From the NCBI GenBank assembly GCA_016125585.1, contig WGLL01000015.1, positions 47,668-111,667 of the forward strand: DNA of 64,000 nucleotides, in the 5' to 3' direction. Position 1 is the first letter of the stretch. Each line of letters begins with the position of its first letter. The stretch is from Caulobacter sp. (GTDB lineage Bacteria; Pseudomonadota; Alphaproteobacteria; Caulobacterales; Caulobacteraceae). Below the pieces are notes generated by a model. It ran no database searches and was not told where the DNA came from. It worked only from the letters and a program-made list of their open reading frames with translations. Both the position numbers and the translations under genes were made by a program. This document shows positions 61,450-64,000 of the stretch, piece after piece.

Positions 61450-62283
61450 ATGTTCGCCAAGACCCTACAGGCCACCCATCCGGACATGATGGACGGCGCC
61501 ACCAACGACCATCTCCGCGACCGCTATCTGCTGACCGGCCTGTTCACCGAGGGGGCGGTCAACCTCAACTACAGCCACAACGAACGCTTCGTCATCGGCG
61601 GCGCGGCCCCGGGCGCTTCGCCTCTGAAGCTGCCTGACCAGACCGAACCGGAAAGCGCCAGGGGTCATCCCTTCCTGGAGCGGCGCGAGATGGGTGTGGT
61701 CAATGTCGGCGGCCCGGGCCGCGTGACCGTCGATGGCCAGGTCTTCGATCTGGCCCCCCGTGACGGCCTCTATCTGCCGATGGGAACCCGGGAGGTCGTC
61801 TTTGAAGGGCAGGGCGCGCGCTTCTACCTCGCCTCGACGCCGGCCCACGCCGCCTTGCCGGTGAAGAAGATCTCCATCAACGAGGCCACGCCCCTGCAGC
61901 GGGGGTCGCTGGAGACCTCCAACGAGCGGACCATCTACCAGTACATCATTCCGGGCGTCTGCCAGTCCGCGCAGCTGCTGCTCGGTCTGACCATCCTCAA
62001 CACCGGCAGCGTCTGGAACACCATGCCGCCGCACCTGCACGACCGTCGCTCCGAGGTCTATTTCTACTTCGATCTCAAGGACGACGAGCGGGTGTTCCAC
62101 TTCATGGGCGAACCCGACAGCGCCCGTCACATCGTCGTCGCCAACGAAGAGGCGGTGGTCAGTCCGCCCTGGTCGATTCACATGGGCTCGGGCACGGCGA
62201 ACTACGCCTTCATCTGGGCCATGGGCGGTGAGAACCTCGACTACACCGACATGAACGTCCTCGACATCTGCCAGCTCAAATAG
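61450..62283 (+). CDS. kduI: 5-dehydro-4-deoxy-D-glucuronate isomerase
   Basis: [46 protein letters not shown]. Confidence 0.95.
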   Translation: MFAKTLQATHPDMMDGATNDHLRDRYLLTGLFTEGAVNLNYSHNERFVIGGAAPGASPLKLPDQTEPESARGHPFLERREMGVVNVGGPGRVTVDGQVFDLAPRDGLYLPMGTREVVFEGQGARFYLASTPAHAALPVKKISINEATPLQRGSLETSNERTIYQYIIPGVCQSAQLLLGLTILNTGSVWNTMPPHLHDRRSEVYFYFDLKDDERVFHFMGEPDSARHIVVANEEAVVSPPWSIHMGSGTANYAFIWAMGGENLDYTDMNVLDICQLK

Positions 62284-62290
62284 GACCGCC

Positions 62291-63061
62291 ATGAGCGATC
62301 TCTTCAGTCTCTCGGGCCGCACCGCCATGGTGACCGGCGCCAACACCGGCCTGGGCCAGGCCATGGCGGCGGCGCTCGCTGTGGCGGGGGCGGACATCGT
62401 CGCCGTCGGCCGCTCGGTTCCCGATGAGACCGAGGGTCTCGTTTGCGCCGCGGGCCGCGGGTTTCATTTCATCGAGGCGGATCTGGGGAACCCGGGCGTC
62501 TGCGGCGATGTCATCGCCGCGGCCAAGGCGGCCGCGGCGGCGCCGGACATCCTGGTCAACAACGCCGGCATCATCCGCCGCAACGACGCCTTGGACTTCA
62601 CCGAGGACGACTGGGACGCGGTGATGGACGTCAATCTCAAGACCTGCTTCTTCCTGACCCAGGCGGCCGCGCGGGAGATGCTCGGCCGGCCCGCGACCCG
62701 GGGCGGCGCCGGAAAGGTGATCAACATCGCCTCCATGCTGTCTTTTCAAGGCGGGGTCCGCGTGGCCTCCTATGCGGCGAGCAAGAGCGGCGTGGCGGGA
62801 CTGACGCGGCTGCTGGCCAACGAATGGGCCGCCAAGGGAATCAATGTGAACGCCATCGCGCCCGGATATTTCTCGACCAACAACACCGAGGCCCTGCGCG
62901 CCGACGAGACCCGCAACCGGTCGATCCTCGAGCGGATTCCGGCTGGTCGGTGGGGAGAGCCTTCCGATCTGGGCGGCGCCGCCGTCTTCCTGGCGTCGCG
63001 GGCGTCCGACTATGTCCATGGCGCCATCCTGCCGGTGGATGGGGGATGGTTGGCCCGCTGA
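62291..63061 (+). CDS. kduD: 2-dehydro-3-deoxy-D-gluconate 5-dehydrogenase
   Basis: VTGANTGLGQ, NNAGIIRR, SMLSFQGG.RV.SY.ASK, PAGRWG. Confidence 0.94.
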   Translation: MSDLFSLSGRTAMVTGANTGLGQAMAAALAVAGADIVAVGRSVPDETEGLVCAAGRGFHFIEADLGNPGVCGDVIAAAKAAAAAPDILVNNAGIIRRNDALDFTEDDWDAVMDVNLKTCFFLTQAAAREMLGRPATRGGAGKVINIASMLSFQGGVRVASYAASKSGVAGLTRLLANEWAAKGINVNAIAPGYFSTNNTEALRADETRNRSILERIPAGRWGEPSDLGGAAVFLASRASDYVHGAILPVDGGWLAR

Positions 63062-64000
63062 CCCGTTCCGCGTCCCCGGAGAGCCCGACCAATGGTCAGG
63101 TTCGCAAGAACCTGGACTTCCTCGACGGGCTGTTCGCCGAGGCCATCCGATACCTGGACGGCGAGGATACGGCGCGGCTGATCGACTCCGCCCGGGCGGC
63201 GTCGCAGACCGACGGTGAGACTCCCCACCTGGGCTTTCTGTTTCAGGCGGTGACGACGGATGAGGCCTCGCTGCTGGCGAGGGCCTTCGCCTGCGCCTCG
63301 ATGCTGGCCAACATCGGCGAGGATGTCGCCGGTCGCCGCCGGGCGGCGGAATCGGAAAGCTTGAAGGGCGGCGACACCCTGACAGCCGCCCTGGAGGCGC
63401 TGGGCGAGGAGGGGCGCAAGGCGCTGGCCGGACTGTCGGTCACCCCTGTGCTGACCGCTCATCCGACCGAGGTGCGACGCCGCGCCCTGGTCGAGCGGCA
63501 ATCGGAAATCGCCCGGCTGATGGCGCTGCGCCGGCATCACCTGCCGGCCGACCTCGACGCCCATATCCGCGAGGACCTGTTTCGCGAGGTGGCGCTCTTG
63601 TGGCGCACCCGGCTCTACCGACCGGAAAAGATCACCGTCACCGACGAGATCCGCAACGCCCTGTCGGTGGTTCGCACCTCGATCCTGCCGGCGCTGGTCG
63701 AGATCTATGAGCGCTGGATCGATGATCTGGGAGACATCGGGCCGATCCTGACCCTTGGCACCTGGCTGGGGGGAGACCGCGACGGTCACCCCGGCGTCGG
63801 GGCCGACACCCTGGCGCTGGCCCTGCGCTCCCAGGCGCGTCTGATCCTGGATTTCTACGCCGGCGAAGTGCGGCGGCTCTGGTCGGATCTTGCGGTCTCC
63901 ACCGCCTACGGTCCGGTTTCCGAAGCCCTGCAGGCCCTCGCCATGCAGGCGGATCAGCCGTCTGTTCACCGCCTCGACGAGCCCTATCGCCTGGCTTTCG
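63046..64000 (+). CDS. ppc: Phosphoenolpyruvate carboxylase, 3'-truncated by the window edge (absent from the ORF track)
   Basis: Translated by hand from ATG 63046: VLTAHPTEVRRR, LWRTRL, TVTDEIRN, GTWLGGDRDGHP. No stop before the window end. Confidence 0.92.
   Translation, partial: MVGPLTRSASPESPTNGQVRKNLDFLDGLFAEAIRYLDGEDTARLIDSARAASQTDGETPHLGFLFQAVTTDEASLLARAFACASMLANIGEDVAGRRRAAESESLKGGDTLTAALEALGEEGRKALAGLSVTPVLTAHPTEVRRRALVERQSEIARLMALRRHHLPADLDAHIREDLFREVALLWRTRLYRPEKITVTDEIRNALSVVRTSILPALVEIYERWIDDLGDIGPILTLGTWLGGDRDGHPGVGADTLALALRSQARLILDFYAGEVRRLWSDLAVSTAYGPVSEALQALAMQADQPSVHRLDEPYRLAF

Noticed and set aside
63760-63795. PEPC motif GGDRDGHP instead of the usual GGDRDGNP
   Set aside because: A single substitution outside the VLTAHPT catalytic motif, with the gene truncated by the window. 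Not enough to infer altered function.

Overview
High-GC (roughly 68-70% by eye) alphaproteobacterial chromosome segment, most likely Caulobacteraceae (tipN, a CtrA-like box, MucR, ALA synthase hemA, CIR-type repeats). Most of it is housekeeping or metabolic: sseA/cysK; a phrA-ufaD-ufaO-cfa operon behind a SigE(ChrR)-type promoter; hldE/hldD; recG; sdhE-mfd; hemB; valine catabolism genes; hemA; mucR; glyA-nrdR-rib-nusB-thiL; hppA; rarA; tipN; lacI-kduI-kduD-ppc. I found no rRNA, tRNA, CRISPR array, integrase or transposase. Accessory items are a vapBC pair plus DUF6880 directly upstream of recG, two APH-kinase/partner modules, two tandem exported methyltransferase-fold genes, and at least five families of short palindromic intergenic repeats. 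The most unusual locus is a ~700 bp lower-GC module at 44490-45194. It has a perfect, spacer-less 48-bp palindrome whose centre resembles protelomerase telRL sites, an orphan gene with a putative SeqA-C-like domain, and an unannotated, translationally coupled 30-aa membrane peptide. The second notable item is a candidate leader-peptide translational attenuator (MQATAS*) upstream of an MFS efflux gene. All functional assignments come from motif recognition by eye; no database searches were run.
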